Part shown: one piece after another, positions 1-12,718 of the stretch
Position numbering within the stretch: the first letter of the stretch is position 1
Layout of the letters: every line of letters begins with the position of its first letter
DNA from: Octopus bimaculoides
Taxonomy: Eukaryota
Direction of reading: 5' to 3'
DNA: 64,000 nucleotides
Assembly (NCBI RefSeq): GCF_001194135.2
Contig: NC_068985.1
Coordinates: 115,883,514-115,947,513, forward strand
The notes under the pieces: model-generated
What the model was told of the DNA's origin: nothing
The model's input: the letters and a program-made list of their open reading frames with translations, nothing else
Database searches by the model: none
Position numbers and translations under genes: made by a program

Positions 1-216
1 GCACGTGCAAGACCATTTAACACCAGAAATGAACGAACCGGTAACTTACGAAAACGATGACTATCGAAATAAAGGGCCAGCCGTTATTCCTCACGTCCCG
101 CAATTAAAAACAAAAAAAGGATAAATGGATACGCGAGGAAAATATTTCAATCTTACACACTTATTTTACAGCAGTGCTCTACCCACAGAGAGAAAATGCA
201 ACAATATCTATACATA

Positions 217-374
217 GGCGCAGGGGTGGATGTGCTTACCACCCACATGATTTAGGGTTCAGTCGCACTGAGTGGCACCTTAGGTAAGTGTCTTCTACTA
301 TAGCCTCGGGCCGGCAAGAGCTCTGTGAGCGGATTTGGTAGACGGAAACTGAAAGAAGTCCGTTGTACGTGTTT

Positions 375-423
<49 letters not shown>

Positions 424-585
424 TGAGTGCGTGGGTGTGCGTGCATGTTTGTCTGTCTGTGTTTGTCCCCCCCAACATCGCTTGACAACCAATGCTGGTG
501 TGCTTACGTCTCCCTAACCTAGCGGTTCTGCAAAAGAAGCCGATAGAATAAGTATTAAGCTTAGAAAGAATAAAACCTAGGGACA
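217..585 (+). mobile_element. tRNA-derived SINE, family A, near full length, with internal (GT)n tract
   Basis: Head GGCGCAGGGGTGG...GGGTTCAGTCGCACTGAGTGGCACC (B-box-like), conserved body TCTTCTACTATAGCCTCGGGCCG...GGATTTGGTAGACGGAAACTGAAAGAAG, internal (GT)n at ~371-435, then 3' part TGTTTGTCCCCCCAACATCGCTTGACAACC...GATAGAATAAGTA; the same blocks recur at several other sites in the window. Confidence 0.85.
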
Positions 586-608
586 TGTCGTTCTTAATTA
601 TCTGATAT

Positions 609-611
<3 letters not shown>

Positions 612-668
<57 letters not shown>

Positions 669-680
669 GGAAAGAGAGTA
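612..680. repeat. (GA)n microsatellite
   Basis: Direct reading of the sequence. Confidence 0.95.
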
Positions 681-781
681 ATAAGTAGATATTCGCTTCT
701 TGAAATTGGTTATCGAAGTACACAAGAAGTCCTAAATAACAACAAGTAAATACTGGGCTGAAAACAACCCAACCAATTTGC

Positions 782-939
782 AGGGGCAGACCAAAGTGTG
801 TGGGGCTGCGTAGCACGTGCACCCCATTCATAAAAGTAGTGCACCCTTCTAGATAATGTTATGATGCGCTTTTCTTCTGGAATTGTATTCCCTTTTGATC
901 TTGTGCCTTCCCTTCTAAAACTTCTTGGGACCGCGTCTG
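782..939. mobile_element. Possible PIF/Harbinger-like MITE
   Basis: Begins CAGGGGCAGACCAAAG and ends CTTGGGACCGCGTCTG (imperfect terminal inverted repeats resembling CAGGGGCGGA-type MITE ends); ~160 bp, no ORF, TSD not clear. Confidence 0.3.
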
Positions 940-1899
940 ATTTGGATAGAAAAATTCGAAACAGCTTACGACATTTTCTGTCCAATAGGTTCTTTTAACC
1001 CAATGCTTACATGCTATCATTTATAGCCTTATGTGAAACACAAGTTCCACCCCCACCACACACATACACAAATATACATTAATGCATATTACCTCAAAAT
1101 TTTCTAGAATTAATATGACGTCAAAAACTTATAAGGCTTCCAATGCAGACGTTCAATCGGTTACCATCGTGAAACAGGTGTAAGAATAAATAAGTTTGTG
1201 GGTATCGTAATTTCGGTACACTTTATTATGTATGTATATATGTGTGCGTGCGTGTATGTATAGCAAACATTATATTTCCTAATAAGAGTAAAGTTTGGTT
1301 GGGCTACAATCGCACGAATCAGCGGTGACTAGAGTATTATCTTGTAAAATCATATTGAACTCTTTCCTTTACACTCAGTCGTAGGGACAGCCTTCATTGT
1401 GGATATACTCCCGTGAGAAAATTATCAGCATACACAGTATGTGCAAAATATACTGCACTGTGAACAACTCTATGAGATCAGATGACGCTGGCATCCCTGC
1501 GTCAAAGCGCGTTATCAGGTATGAATACCAGATTCGTCATCCAGAACCCGATAAACACGTCAGTTTTTATACATACAAACAACACAAGCTATATTTGCTG
1601 ATTTGCGGAAATGTTTATCTAGCCGATTTTAATTTTCATGTTTTGTAATGTGTTTTTAATGTTCATTTATTGAGTAATGATATGTTAGAATCTTTATAAC
1701 GTTGGCTAAAGTTTTTCTTTACGTCTTTTACGTTTTCTGTAGGGATCTTTGCCTTTTCTTGTGGTCTTTTACGTTTCTCTTACTTCTGATTTCATATCTT
1801 GCTGAGTTTAACTTTTCCTTTCAACAAATCAAGTCTATAATATTAATTTACTAGTTCAGACCTGTGGCCTATAATATCTTCTGACTCCAGCCACAAAAA

Positions 1900-2009
1900 T
1901 GACTCAAAATCAGAAGCTATTATTAGCGTTTGTTTACTTTACTGTGTCATATTTTTTTTCCTTCTGTTTTATGATATTTTATACTCATCATATATTCATC
2001 TATTCTATG

Positions 2010-2094
<85 letters not shown>

Positions 2095-2460
2095 TTAAAT
2101 ATTTAATCCATACATTTCATGTGTGACTTGGGAATATTTGGTAAGTGTTGTGTCTGATGTTATTAATTTGTTGTATTTATCTCTAAATTATTGTACTGCT
2201 TGCTCTATTACCCGTGTTTGAATAGAATGTGTTTTATTCTGTGCTTTCTTTGTTTGTTGTGATTCGTTTGATCATAAAGAACCCTAATAGCTTTTTTCCT
2301 TTTGTTTTGTTTTTTAAGTAGAGTTTTTACCACCGAAATACTTTTTATCTGTTTGGTCTTTCGCTGTTGTAATGTAAATATGTGACTTTAATCGTGTTTT
2401 TGGTGTAAACACATTAGTTGGCAACATATGGATACTTTACAGAACTCCCTACAAACTATA
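1900..2460 (-). mobile_element. Heavily decayed Penelope-like RT thumb fragment (tentative)
   Basis: Minus-strand translation with frameshifts gives SI(P/Y)CQLMCLHQ (cf. SIPYSQxxRxxRIC) and RDKYNKLITSDTTLTKY (cf. ILRxxWxxLxxDxxLxxIF); interrupted by (TA)n at 2013-2095. Confidence 0.25.
2013..2095. repeat. (TA)n microsatellite
   Basis: Direct reading. Confidence 0.95.
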
Positions 2461-2830
2461 GTGATGAATAATGGAGTTAATATTCCCGGTATATCCCAAA
2501 GCTAAAATAAATTAGTCACATACAAAACCAATCAACTCAATCATGATTATAAATCACTGGATTGAACTGGTAGTGACTGCGCCAGTCTCATTGGCCTTAC
2601 CTTCTAAGAAGCAACAACACATGGCAGTGTCATTTTCTCCATTGTCCAGGGAAATATGAAAGCCTAGACTCGTTGATCAGTCATTTGGTTATGTTACTCT
2701 TTCAAATAATCATGAAGAACTCGAACACAAGTTTGACAAAAAGAATTAACATGAAAGTTGATAAACGCCAATTAAAACAAGGACTCAGTTGCGTTTGCAA
2801 ATCCTTTCTATAAGGAAACGATGTCCTGTG

Positions 2831-2862
<32 letters not shown>

Positions 2863-3867
2863 TGTGTGTGTGTATGTATGTATGCCTCCAAGCATGTTCT
2901 GGATATGTATGTATGTACGTACGTATGTACATGTATATATGTAGTTACATGTGAGTAGTCTCTCTGTATGTATTTATAATACTTATTGGTTTGGAATATC
3001 TGGAGGCACATACATAAAACTATGACTATTAGTACGTAAATATCGGGTGTCAAAACCTTTTTTGATAGAAAATGTCAAATGCTGCCTGGGGCCTTGAAGC
3101 CTTCTCTTCTGTATACATGACCGGCGTTTGACTATTGTGTCAAACGAATCCCTCAAACTTGTTTGTTGTTTTCATAAGTTTTATTCATACCAGAGAGAAT
3201 TGTATGTTGGCGTCAAAATAATTTTATAAACTGCGAAAATGTTAATTCTTCTTGTAAGTTCTCGAAGCACGCACTTAAATCTATGTATGTATTTAAATAG
3301 GTATATATGTATGTATATACGCATGTATATATCTATGTTCGCGCGCATGTATATATGTATGTATCTATTATATATGTATGTGTGTAGGTTGTCTTTCTCA
3401 TTTAATTTTAGAATAAATTTTGACCGACCACTTACTTGTAGCAAGGCTGTGAAGGAGAGCATCTTGTTTTAATCATGATCCTTTAAATTTTAAAAGGGTT
3501 TTGCATATTCTTATAGTTCATGATATCATGATCATTTATAGAGCATGAATTTAGAACTTACATTCTCACCCCCTAGATTCCATCTTTAGTCATGCTATGC
3601 TCTCGAGGTTGGTATGTATCCTGTTGCTCCAATATTAATAGGTGAAAATGTATCTGAAATACTTGATATGTCAACTTCCTATCACTGGTACATGTATATA
3701 TTATTTCTATTGTATTTTTCTAAACACATATGTGTCCAGGGGTCAGATCATTCCGAGAACAGATTTTTCTTCTCCTTGTCGTGATACACAACAATATTTG
3801 TGTTTTAAGTTGATGGTTGTTTAAATGTTTATATTCCACAATTATGCTTTTGACAGTCAACTTTCAA

Positions 3868-4100
3868 GGCGGCGAGCAGCCAGAAACGTTAGCACCCCGG
3901 GTGAAATGCTTAGCGTTATTTCGTCTGCCGTTACGTTCTGAGTTCAAATTCCGCCGTGGTCGACTTTGCCCTTAATCATATTGTGGTCGATAAATTAAGT
4001 ACCAGTTACACACTGAGGTCGATATAATCGACTTAATCCCTTTGTCTGTTCTTTTTTGTCCCCTCTATGTTTAGCCCCTTGTGGGCAATAAAGAAATAAG
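3868..4100 (+). mobile_element. tRNA-derived SINE, family B, full length
   Basis: GGCGGCGAGCAGCCAGAAACGTTAGCAC...GTTCTGAGTTCAAATTCCGCCG (B box) GTCGACTTTGCC...TAAGTACCAGTTACACACTGAGGTCGAT...CCCCTTGTGGGCAATAAAGAAATAA; clearly homologous to 48623-48850. Confidence 0.9.
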
Positions 4101-4290
4101 TTAGCACGCCGGGCGAAATGTTTAGCGTCATTTCGTCTGTCTTTACATTCTGAGTTCAAATTCCACCGAGGTCGACTTTGCTTTTCATCCTTTCAGTGTC
4201 TATGCATTAAGTACCAGTTGCATACTGCCGTCGATGTAATTAACTCGGCCCTACCCCAAAATGTTGGGTCTTGTGCCTAGAATACAAAAG
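4101..4290 (+). mobile_element. SINE family B, second copy fused head-to-tail
   Basis: GTTAGCACGCCGGGCGAAATG...GAGTTCAAATTCCACCGAGGTCGACTTTGC...TAAGTACCAGTTG directly after the first copy, with a different 3' end. Confidence 0.85.
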
Positions 4291-4417
4291 TATACAGTCA
4301 ACTTCGTCTGAAGGTGTTTTACTTTTTTGTTATTCTCTTCCAAGCTGTGTAATACGCCTGTTTTTGTTATTCTATACTAGCCACTGCATCATGCGTCATG
4401 GACGATAATGTATGCAA

Positions 4418-4452
<35 letters not shown>

Positions 4453-5419
4453 GTGTATATATGCATGCATGTATGTATGTATGTATGTATGTATGTACTA
4501 TGTATGTATGTATTCTCAAGCACCCATCCTATTTGCATAATCCTAGATGCTGTTATTGGAATGCCATCGTTTCCCTGTTTACGCGGTTGAAATGGACGCA
4601 GACACACATACAAACTCACTTACACACTCATACACTCAAAATACATTCATGAGTGAAACACACAAATATGTCCCCACTCAACCTATGATTTACTATGTCT
4701 CTATTTTACATTTTGTGCGATATTCCTTTCTTATGTTGTTTGTCAATGTCTATCTTTTCGTTAATATAGCAATATCATTGTTTCTCTTTGACTGTTTGTA
4801 TATAGTTCTCATTTTCTTTCTCTTCCTATCTCTAACGTTCTCAGGAGAAAAGCTTTACAAGTTCGTACAGTGCACGGTTGCCTGTGGAAACAACTTCAAG
4901 CAAACAGTTTATTGTAAATATTGGAACATTTTCAAAAGTATAATTAAATACAAAATTGATACACATGGAAGACTAAAAAGCAACAACCGCGTCTCTCGCT
5001 GCTGCACACTAAGTACACATTGTCACGGGTAACCGAATTGTTACAAAGGGAAAATAAACAGCATGAAGTAATCTTATGCATAGAGAGAACGCATGCACGC
5101 ATATACATGCATTGTACTTCTTTAATAGCACGCATCACGTCATACGTAGCGTCATTCATTCATTGAGATATTTTGCACTAAACACTTCGATTACACGTTT
5201 GTATCTGAAACAATAATCCACACCGAATTCGTCTTTCTTATGTTTCCTGTGGTGTTCTTTCCGTTTTGCATTAAGCAAACAAACATTTCATGGAAGATAT
5301 TTTATCAGCCCCTGTTGCATTTGTATTCTAGATAAGATTAAAATTTGATGTTATTTAAACAAGTCTGGAAGTAAAATTTGCATATGAACTCGCAACTAAG
5401 TTCTGCAATCAGTAGGATT

Positions 5420-5610
5420 CACCCTTATCAATGTCAAATATGCCACAGGATCAACAAATTTCAAAGAAGTCTGAATAAACATTTTATGTTTCGTCAAGAT
5501 CAGAATACACAGCTTGTTCACGCTGCAAGAAGATTAATGTGCACTCAATGTAGACGTCATTTTAAAGGTGTGTTTGGTCTACAAATAAGGATATGATCGC
5601 ATACATCGAC
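5420..5610 (+). pseudogene. Two degenerate C2H2-type zinc fingers; probably the 3' end of an RTE-type LINE ORF2
   Basis: PYQCQICHRINKFQRSLNKHFMFR and LMCTQCRRHFKGVFGLQIRI*SH: CxxC-x12-H spacing with one His lost in each finger and an in-frame stop. Confidence 0.5.
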
Positions 5611-5663
5611 TATACTGAGATTATTACACTCTGCATTGGGTGTAAAATCATTATGTAAATATA

Positions 5664-6245
5664 CAGTGCTCGATGGGTAAATTGTCACCATTTCATATTT
5701 TTAATTTCGCGCTTATGCATTGTTTGTTATTTATTTTGTCGACTACAGTTGAGCATCTTCTGTGCAAAAAGCAGCACCATGACGCTAATTACTCTGCCAG
5801 TAATTTGCCAGTAATTTGGGAACTGCTTGGCATTCGCTACGGACGCTCCAATACGAACATTTCAGAGTGTTTGAGCGTCAATCTCAGGAGAGTACAATCT
5901 CATGACATGCACCGAGAGTGATACAAATCAAACATCCAGTCAACATCATGGTGTTTGGAGTCATCACTAGTGCTGGCAACGTTATCCTTCCATTCATCTT
6001 CTCACACGACCTCAGACTCAACACGAAGGCCTACATCAAGTGCTTGCAGGAGGTAGAGCTGCCCTGATTCAACAGGGTCGCTGCTGGAAGACCCTATGTC
6101 TGGGAAGAGGACTCTGCACCATGGCGCATAAGCAGAAGAACCCAGTCAAGGCTGTCACACAATTTCTACAGTCACATCATCACTAGCATCTGGCCACCTA
6201 CCCCTCCCCCCAGACTGCAATCCCTTTGATTAGTATGTGTGGCAG
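5664..6245 (+). mobile_element. Internally deleted Tc1/mariner-superfamily element, DD37D (maT)-type transposase relic
   Basis: TA followed by CAGTGCTCGATGGGTAAATTGTCACC (TIR-like); N-terminal HTH relic LLGIRYGRSNTNISECLSVNLRRVQ; catalytic part KHPVNIMVFGVITSAG...YVWEEDSAPW...WPP(N/S)PDCNPFD*YVW. Second Asp at 6110, third at 6228 (118 nt; 114 expected for D-x37-D, 4-nt surplus in a C-run). Confidence 0.8.
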
Positions 6246-6351
6246 AAAATGGCTGAAATGGCACTCAGTATTTGGGCAAGAGTTACATATATCATTTAAT
6301 CACAATTTGAAATTACCTGAAGCTGAGTCAAGCTGTTATTCAATTATATAT

Positions 6352-6397
6352 ACATACATACACACACACACACACACACGCACACACATACACACAC

Positions 6398-6450
<53 letters not shown>
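6352..6450. repeat. (CA)n microsatellite abutting the RTE 3' end
   Basis: Direct reading. Confidence 0.95.
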
Positions 6451-6451
<1 letters not shown>

Positions 6452-8570
6452 TTACGTCTCGCCAACGATTTGCAAAGAAGGTCACAGATGCTGGAAGTAT
6501 GAGGGTTACAGGTCAGTGCAGGTGGTACATTTTGCAGCCACTTTTCTCTTTTTGATTTGCACCTGGAAACCTGTTAATGCTGGTTGCAACAAAGCTATTA
6601 ATACCGTTTTGACACAACAAACTCCATTTTGTTCACTCCAAGGCTGTTTGCTCAAAGGTGTTGTGAGCTATCTTCATTTGTAAGAGGTTACTCTTCAGCA
6701 TTTCCTGGTATCTGAGCCATGGTCAACCAACATTCCTGTGCCCAATCTCAAACTGGCTGTATATGAGGACTTTGGGGGTATTCATTCGTCACTCATTCTG
6801 GTAACAGGGCCAGCCCAGCGCAAATGTGATGGTATACTGTAGCTCTCGATTCCACCAATCTTACACCTGCTAAACAGGTCGGAATTAGAAACTCTGTCTT
6901 TCAGTGAATAACCTCAGATTGTCCTCAGACAGCCTTTGTGAAAGATGTCTAGTTCGCTAATGTGCCGTATATACGGTGTCCACGATTCTGAGCCATACAA
7001 AAGAGTAGTAGTTAGAATGGCAGCTTTATAAACCTGCACTTTGGTGTCAAGTTTGATGCCCCTTTCGTTCTACAGGCAAAGAAGGAGTTTTGCCAAATGC
7101 AGTGGTTGCTTTTACAAGATGGTTTACGATTTCATCATCAAGGGAAGCGCTCAAATTCACTTTACTACCAAGATATTAAAATGACTTTACATAATTTAGG
7201 CTTTTCCCATCGGCCTGTATAGGAGTGTCAGGAAAATTGTGAACTGGTAGCCTCTGCTGGACACTTCGAATTTGTTTAGGAGTAGGGCATAGTTGGTGGA
7301 TTACTTCCGTCTTCTTTACGCTGATGGTCAAACCAAAAGCTTTACATGCAACAGAAAACCTGTCTAGAAGTTTCTGAGCTTCCTCTAAGGACGTCACTAC
7401 AAGTGAAGTATCATCTGCAAACAGTAGACCACGAATGATACTGGTGAGTAACATTTTTCTGGCTTTGAAACGATGATGATTGAATAGTCCACCATTTTGT
7501 TTGAAACTTGAATTTGACACCACTTTGTATGTCAGCAAAAGTATACCACTGCATCACTGAAAAGAAGAACGCAAACAAAACAGAGGGCATAACACAACCT
7601 TGTTTTGTGCCGTTTGTAATGCCGAAGGAAGCCGAGGTTTCCCCACCAGACGCGTCAGCAGCTTTCATTTCCTCATTAAAGGAGATGATAACTTTCACCA
7701 TCTTGACAGGTATACTGAGCTTTTTCAGACCTTTCCATAGTGCTTACCAGTTAACAGAGTCGAAAGCCTTAGTAAAGTAAACGAATACAATGAACAACTC
7801 CTAATTTTTCTCATGTACTTTCACCATGACCTATCGAAGGGAAAAGATTATGTCGGTAGTGCCATGACTAGAGAGAAATCCGTACTGTGATTCTGGATAG
7901 ATATCATTTACAAAGTGTTTGATGATTCTCTCAAGAATGAGACGTGCAATAATCTGACCAGCAATAGACAGAAGCAATATCCAACGATGATTATCACAGA
8001 CACTTCAATTTCCCTTGTTGTTATAAAGATGTTGAATTGAGGCATCCTTGAACTCCTTTGGCCCCATCAAAATATTTACGAAGACGTCATGCAGTTTCTA
8101 AAAAACCTTCTGTCCACCAAGCTTATAGATTTCAGAAGGGACAGCATCCTTTCCAAGCGCTTTACCAGAAAGGATTTGTTGCATAGAGTTTACCACTTCC
8201 AGGAAGGTTGACCCCAGAGACAGTTCTGTTGTTTCAGTGGGTTGTAGAATAGGTGTTATAACATCAACATTAGTGACTGAGGTCACTCAAGTTCAACACG
8301 GCTTCGAAGTGATCTTTCCATTCTCTTAGGACGTTAGATTTGTCACTCAACATTGCCTTTATTGGATGAATAAATAGGAATAACACCGTGCTCTTGAGGA
8401 ACACACACTTTCTTGAGGTTATCATAAAAGGCTTTAGAATCCTTTCTATCTGCAGCTTCTTGGAGTTCAGTAGCCTTGGAAGATCACCAAGCCTTTTTTT
8501 CTGTTTCAGAGCCCGCTGGACCTGGCCTCTGCATTTCTTATAGGCATTCTCTTTTCTGAATGAGCTCTTG
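6451..8570 (-). mobile_element. 5'-truncated RTE-clade (BovB-like) LINE, ORF2 pseudogene: linker, RT and C-terminal region
   Basis: Minus-strand fragments: ATELQEAADRKDSKAFYDNLK, GKDAVPSEIYKLGG, GTKQGCVMPSVLF, LLFADDTSLV (FADD at 7410-7421), ACKAFGLTISVKKTEV, QVYKAAILTTTLLYGSESWTPY, HLRWAGPVTRM, terminal SICDLLCKS; multiple stops and frameshifts. Confidence 0.92.
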
Positions 8571-9261
8571 TCATTTATCCATGTTCTGTGAGTCTGTGCA
8601 TTTTATCTATCAACTGTTGGAATCTTTTTGGACTGTTGGAATCTTTTTGTATAGTTTTGCATGTGTGCATGTGTATGCGTGCGCGCGTTTCTATCTCTGT
8701 TTGTACACCATTAAGCTTGAGAACCAGTGTTTTTCTTTACATCCTCATATTCTAACAGTTCGACAATGACACCAGATCAAATAAGTACCAGATTTAAATT
8801 AAAAGCATTGTGGTAGAGCAATTCGATGAAAAAGAAAACCTTCAGTGTTCAAACACTACCAAAATCCCCTGACTGACACAATTTATATGTAAAAAGGCAA
8901 AAGATAAACGAAAAAAATATATACATTCTAGAAAATAATATTTTACCACCATTAGGTTGTTTGATCTGGTCTAACACCAATTGACAAAAGTATAACGTTT
9001 AAATTGTTACTATACAAGTGTTCTTCAATGTTGTGTAATCTATTTACTTCCATAATATTTGTAATAAATAGATTTCCTTTGTTTGTCGAATCAAATTAAG
9101 ATAAATTACGAAGTTAGGCATTTTGTTTTTTTCCATAATTAATCTCTAGAGAATTTAAATTTCGAGACGACTATTAGTCACAGAAGTGGCGAACACTTAC
9201 TAAAAATCAGTTATTTAGCTAAATCTAAGTGAAAAGGGAAGGAGATGCGAATGAACAAGAT

Positions 9262-9620
9262 CAGATGTTCTCAATGGGGACATATGGCCCCGATGGCGGG
9301 GAAATTTGAGGGTCGATGGAGGCGTTTTGGAGTAAAGGGCCACTAAGGGGGGCGTTAAGAGACTTGCTGTTTGTAATGTTTTTGTTAAGTTAGAATTTCT
9401 CTGCTTTGGTCAGGATTTTCCAGTTTCCTGCACCAAGCAATGGACAGAAGCATTTGATGAAAATTAAACTCATAGAGCCGAACAAAAGCAAGAATATTGA
9501 TTTAAATCGTAACGATGGACAGGAGTAAACATTTTCCCGTTTCCTTAATACTAACAAGAACATATTATGAGAAAGATTTGACTGTTATTTCTAGCAAATT
9601 GAAGAACCACACACAGTGTA
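9262..9620 (+). mobile_element. Possible hAT-type non-autonomous element fragment
   Basis: Starts CAGATGTTCTCAATGGGGACATATGGCCCC, resembling CAGxGGTTCTCAA hAT/Charlie MITE ends followed by GC-rich subterminal runs; no matching 3' TIR found. Confidence 0.3.
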
Positions 9621-9735
9621 TTTCATTGGTTCATATATTGATGTGTATAAGTAAAAAATAAAACTAAAGGAAAAACTAACACTAGGAAACTCACAGACAC
9701 ACACACACGTGTGTATGTATATATAAATTTATATA

Positions 9736-10709
9736 NNNNNNNNNNNNNNNNNNNNNNNNNNNNNNNNNNNNNNNNNNNNNNNNNNNNNNNNNNNNNNNNN
9801 NNNNNNNNNNNNNNNNNNNNNNNNNNNNNNNNNNNNNNNNNNNNNNNNNNNNNNNNNNNNNNNNNNNNNNNNNNNNNNNNNNNNNNNNNNNNNNNNNNNN
9901 NNNNNNNNNNNNNNNNNNNNNNNNNNNNNNNNNNNNNNNNNNNNNNNNNNNNNNNNNNNNNNNNNNNNNNNNNNNNNNNNNNNNNNNNNNNNNNNNNNNN
10001 NNNNNNNNNNNNNNNNNNNNNNNNNNNNNNNNNNNNNNNNNNNNNNNNNNNNNNNNNNNNNNNNNNNNNNNNNNNNNNNNNNNNNNNNNNNNNNNNNNNN
10101 NNNNNNNNNNNNNNNNNNNNNNNNNNNNNNNNNNNNNNNNNNNNNNNNNNNNNNNNNNNNNNNNNNNNNNNNNNNNNNNNNNNNNNNNNNNNNNNNNNNN
10201 NNNNNNNNNNNNNNNNNNNNNNNNNNNNNNNNNNNNNNNNNNNNNNNNNNNNNNNNNNNNNNNNNNNNNNNNNNNNNNNNNNNNNNNNNNNNNNNNNNNN
10301 NNNNNNNNNNNNNNNNNNNNNNNNNNNNNNNNNNNNNNNNNNNNNNNNNNNNNNNNNNNNNNNNNNNNNNNNNNNNNNNNNNNNNNNNNNNNNNNNNNNN
10401 NNNNNNNNNNNNNNNNNNNNNNNNNNNNNNNNNNNNNNNNNNNNNNNNNNNNNNNNNNNNNNNNNNNNNNNNNNNNNNNNNNNNNNNNNNNNNNNNNNNN
10501 NNNNNNNNNNNNNNNNNNNNNNNNNNNNNNNNNNNNNNNNNNNNNNNNNNNNNNNNNNNNNNNNNNNNNNNNNNNNNNNNNNNNNNNNNNNNNNNNNNNN
10601 NNNNNNNNNNNNNNNNNNNNNNNNNNNNNNNNNNNNNNNNNNNNNNNNNNNNNNNNNNNNNNNNNNNNNNNNNNNNNNNNNNNNNNNNNNNNNNNNNNNN
10701 NNNNNNNNN
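9736..10709. other. Assembly gap (first of 16 N-runs; others at ~12442, 13991, 15395, 16922, 18138, 22362, 23713, 29600, 32174, 34436, 38488, 51000, 55735, 57189, 59068)
   Basis: Runs of N, mostly bounded by (TA)n or (CA)n. Confidence 0.99.
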
Positions 10710-11109
10710 AGACTCTCATAGTAACAGATCTCCCAAAAATCTATTTCCTTAGTTTATAGATACTGTTTCTGGCACACATATTTACGCAATTTTTATTTTG
10801 AAGTATTTAAAAAATTATTTGGAAATTATAAAGAGAAACCAAAGGTAGATTCGGACTGTCCGTATTTTAAATCCACGAATTTAAAACAAATTGTGTGTCA
10901 AATTCTTTCGCCAGACGTTCATGTCTTCTTAGGAATAAGCGTGGAACACTGCATCAAAATAACCAATTTTCAGATTGTTTAGTTCCTTTTAAAAACTTTA
11001 GATTTTGTGAATGAAACAAACTAGATCCTGAATAAGAAATGAATGTTTAATATGACACATTTTCGTATGTTTATACGTCATTTTAAAAGGGGACTGATTT
11101 TGTGACTCA

Positions 11110-11470
11110 AACTAACTATTTAGATCCCGTAAAGAAGAACAGCTTTGAGGTTAGAATTCAAGATACGTAATTTTGTTTTGAGAGAGATACCTTTAGATTT
11201 CCAGACCGATTGAAGGCCGTTCAAAGCGTACAGGGTCTTGCCGAAACAAGATATCACATCCGCCTGCGTTTCACCAGTTGTGAAGATGCTGCCTAGACGC
11301 CAAATTTTTTCCTTCTCTGGAAGTGCTTTGGTGCCAATTCTAATTGGTTCGTGGTGTGAGGTGTTCAGCCTCAACATTTCCGTTTCCTTTTGGTTCACCT
11401 TGGGACCCATTTTTATTGCCCGTTCAGTTAACTTCAAGACCTGGACTGTAAATGCTGGTGGTTATATAAT
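11110..11470 (-). mobile_element. RTE-clade LINE RT C-terminal fragment
   Basis: GPKVNQKETEMLR...RLGSIFT...VWKSKGISLKTKLRILNSNLKAVLLYG, matching the RTE SLKTKLRIFNSNVKSVLLYG signature. Confidence 0.8.
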
Positions 11471-12387
11471 AGCAATCCTAGGCTGAGATTAATTCATCAC
11501 ATTGCGTGTGCAATATCACACTGAATGAAACATCGAGAGAATCCGGCAAAGGATTTCTTTGAACCGGCACATGTGGAGGTGAATTATACACCTTGTGATT
11601 TCACGATATCTCACTGATGTAGTAAAGGAGTAAATATGTGTCGAAACAATTATAGTGTTTTATAATAAAGATTGCCGTTAACGTCATTTCCTATGTTATA
11701 TATACATGTATATATATACATATATATACATATACATACATATATATGTGTGTGTATGTATGTGTGCGTGTATGTATTCGTGTATGAATATATATTTGTG
11801 TGTGTATGAATACATACATATATGTACGTATAAGTTTGTATATATATTTATATATTTATATATATATATATATATATTTATATAATCATATATATATAAT
11901 ATATATTTATATACACATAATTATACATATTTCCATATGTGTGTGCGCGTAAGTGTTTATCGCGAGAGAGCTTATCTGTGCCTACGTGAGTGTATGCAAA
12001 CAACTGTAAAACTCCAAAGGTTAGCAGTGGAAGGAAACAATTAACTTGTCGACACTTGTATGGAAAGCTTTGACGTCAAAGTGTCTCCACCATTGAATCC
12101 GACACACACACACACACCCACACACACACACACGCACACACACATCACACACAAACACACCGCACACACACATCACACACAAACACACCGCACACACACT
12201 ACACACACGTATACACACAATCATTGAGATACAGAAGCACATACACCCACAAGAATATTCATAGTATTGTCTTTGTGAATATCTGTCCATATATATACTC
12301 GGACGTGCATATGTACACACATACATATATAGAAACATAATTTTTTGTATATGTGTATGTATACACAGACACACACAGACACACACA

Positions 12388-12441
<54 letters not shown>

Positions 12442-12668
12442 NNNNNNNNNNNNNNNNNNNNNNNNNNNNNNNNNNNNNNNNNNNNNNNNNNNNNNNNNNN
12501 NNNNNNNNNNNNNNNNNNNNNNNNNNNNNNNNNNNNNNNNNNNNNNNNNNNNNNNNNNNNNNNNNNNNNNNNNNNNNNNNNNNNNNNNNNNNNNNNNNNN
12601 NNNNNNNNNNNNNNNNNNNNNNNNNNNNNNNNNNNNNNNNGCTGTGTGTGTGTGTGTGTGAGTGTGTG

Positions 12669-12718
<50 letters not shown>

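Noticed and set aside
4547-5032. 161-aa ORF
   Set aside because: Begins in microsatellite-derived sequence, has low-complexity composition and no recognisable domain.
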